Origin: an uncultured candidate division WWE3 bacterium | Lineage (GTDB): Bacteria; Patescibacteriota; WWE3; UBA101185; UBA10185 | DNA: 35,555 nucleotides | Direction: 5' to 3' | NCBI GenBank assembly: GCA_963765125.1 | Contig: CAVXUZ010000004.1 | Coordinates: 258,792 to 294,346 of the forward strand | Shown: positions 35,022-35,555 of the stretch, piece by piece | Layout of the letters: each line of letters opens with the position of its first letter | Numbering within the stretch: position 1 is the stretch's first letter | Program-made: the position numbers and the translations under genes | Notes under the pieces: model-generated | What the model saw: only the letters and a program-made list of their open reading frames with translations | The model's database searches: none | Told to the model about the DNA's origin: nothing

Positions 35022-35555
35022 TTATCTGAGCTCATAGCTAGAGGACTTTGTTTTTCCTTTTTTGACAACGAGACCGAGGTCAATGAGTCTTTTCAAATCG
35101 CGTAGAACTGAGTCCTCAGAGATGTCAGGAAAAAGTTTTTCAAACTGTTGATTGTTAAGCATTCCGTAATCTTGGAGATATTCGAGGAGTTTGTTCTGTC
35201 TTTCTGTGAGACCAATCCGACCGTTAACCTTTGCGAGTTTAGTGTCTTTAGCATACCCCCTAACTTTTTCAGCGGTCAAGATCGTTTGGGTATCAAAAAC
35301 TCCGGTATAGAATTCTAACCAGGTTGTAAAATCACCATCCTCATATGCAATAGACTCTAGAGCATCTTCATAGTCTTTTTTTACAGTGTTGTATTGAATT
35401 TCAGGAACTAAATATCTGTCTAGTCTGATTCCGCGAGTACGCATAACAATTCTTGCTACAAGGTTTGCAATCACAGAGTTGTATTTTTCGAATGGATAGA
35501 CTGTTTCAAGCTGCCCTTTCAATAACCCGCAAATGATGATTGGATTTGTATCTTT
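35022..35555 (-). CDS. Fic-like protein with C-terminal DeoR-type HTH, 5'-truncated by the window edge
   Basis: Frame open to 35555; degenerate Fic motif YPFEKYNSVIAN; LTERQ...SEDSVLRDLKRL...KKG.TK...Y. Confidence 0.8.
   Translation of the reverse strand, partial: KDTNPIIICGLLKGQLETVYPFEKYNSVIANLVARIVMRTRGIRLDRYLVPEIQYNTVKKDYEDALESIAYEDGDFTTWLEFYTGVFDTQTILTAEKVRGYAKDTKLAKVNGRIGLTERQNKLLEYLQDYGMLNNQQFEKLFPDISEDSVLRDLKRLIDLGLVVKKGKTKSSSYELR

Overview
AT-rich bacterial window (standard genetic code). Gene content suggests a CPR/Patescibacteria genome, probably Microgenomates/WWE3-like; this is an inference from the split transketolase/rpe/rpiB cluster, stand-alone 5'-3' exonuclease, ATP-dependent ligase and mostly SD-less genes. 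Core content: M16 peptidase, a complete ArsR-sufCBDSU-DUF1858-ferredoxin operon, hpf, a Xer-like tyrosine recombinase with altered catalytic residues, ftsB-like gene, trpS, ftsH, 5'-3' exonuclease, nth, DsbA, PAP2, non-oxidative pentose-phosphate genes, VKOR, lgt, a frameshifted ATP-dependent DNA ligase and a truncated Fic-like gene. There are four tRNAs: Asn-GUU, Ile-UAU, fMet and Met. The most striking feature is an integrase-less array downstream of tRNA-Asn (about 3150-9039). Six copies of the tRNA 3'-end core (TGGCT on +) separate four self-contained promoter-SD-gene-terminator mini-cassettes, two near-identical 120-nt tRNA-like CCA-ending elements and an ECF-sigma/MscS module. A second tRNA-linked repeat (92-bp tandem copies of the tRNA-Ile 5' half) shares a hairpin motif with those elements. 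A candidate ~200-nt structured ncRNA lies at about 1411-1625. All calls are from reading the sequence; no searches were run.
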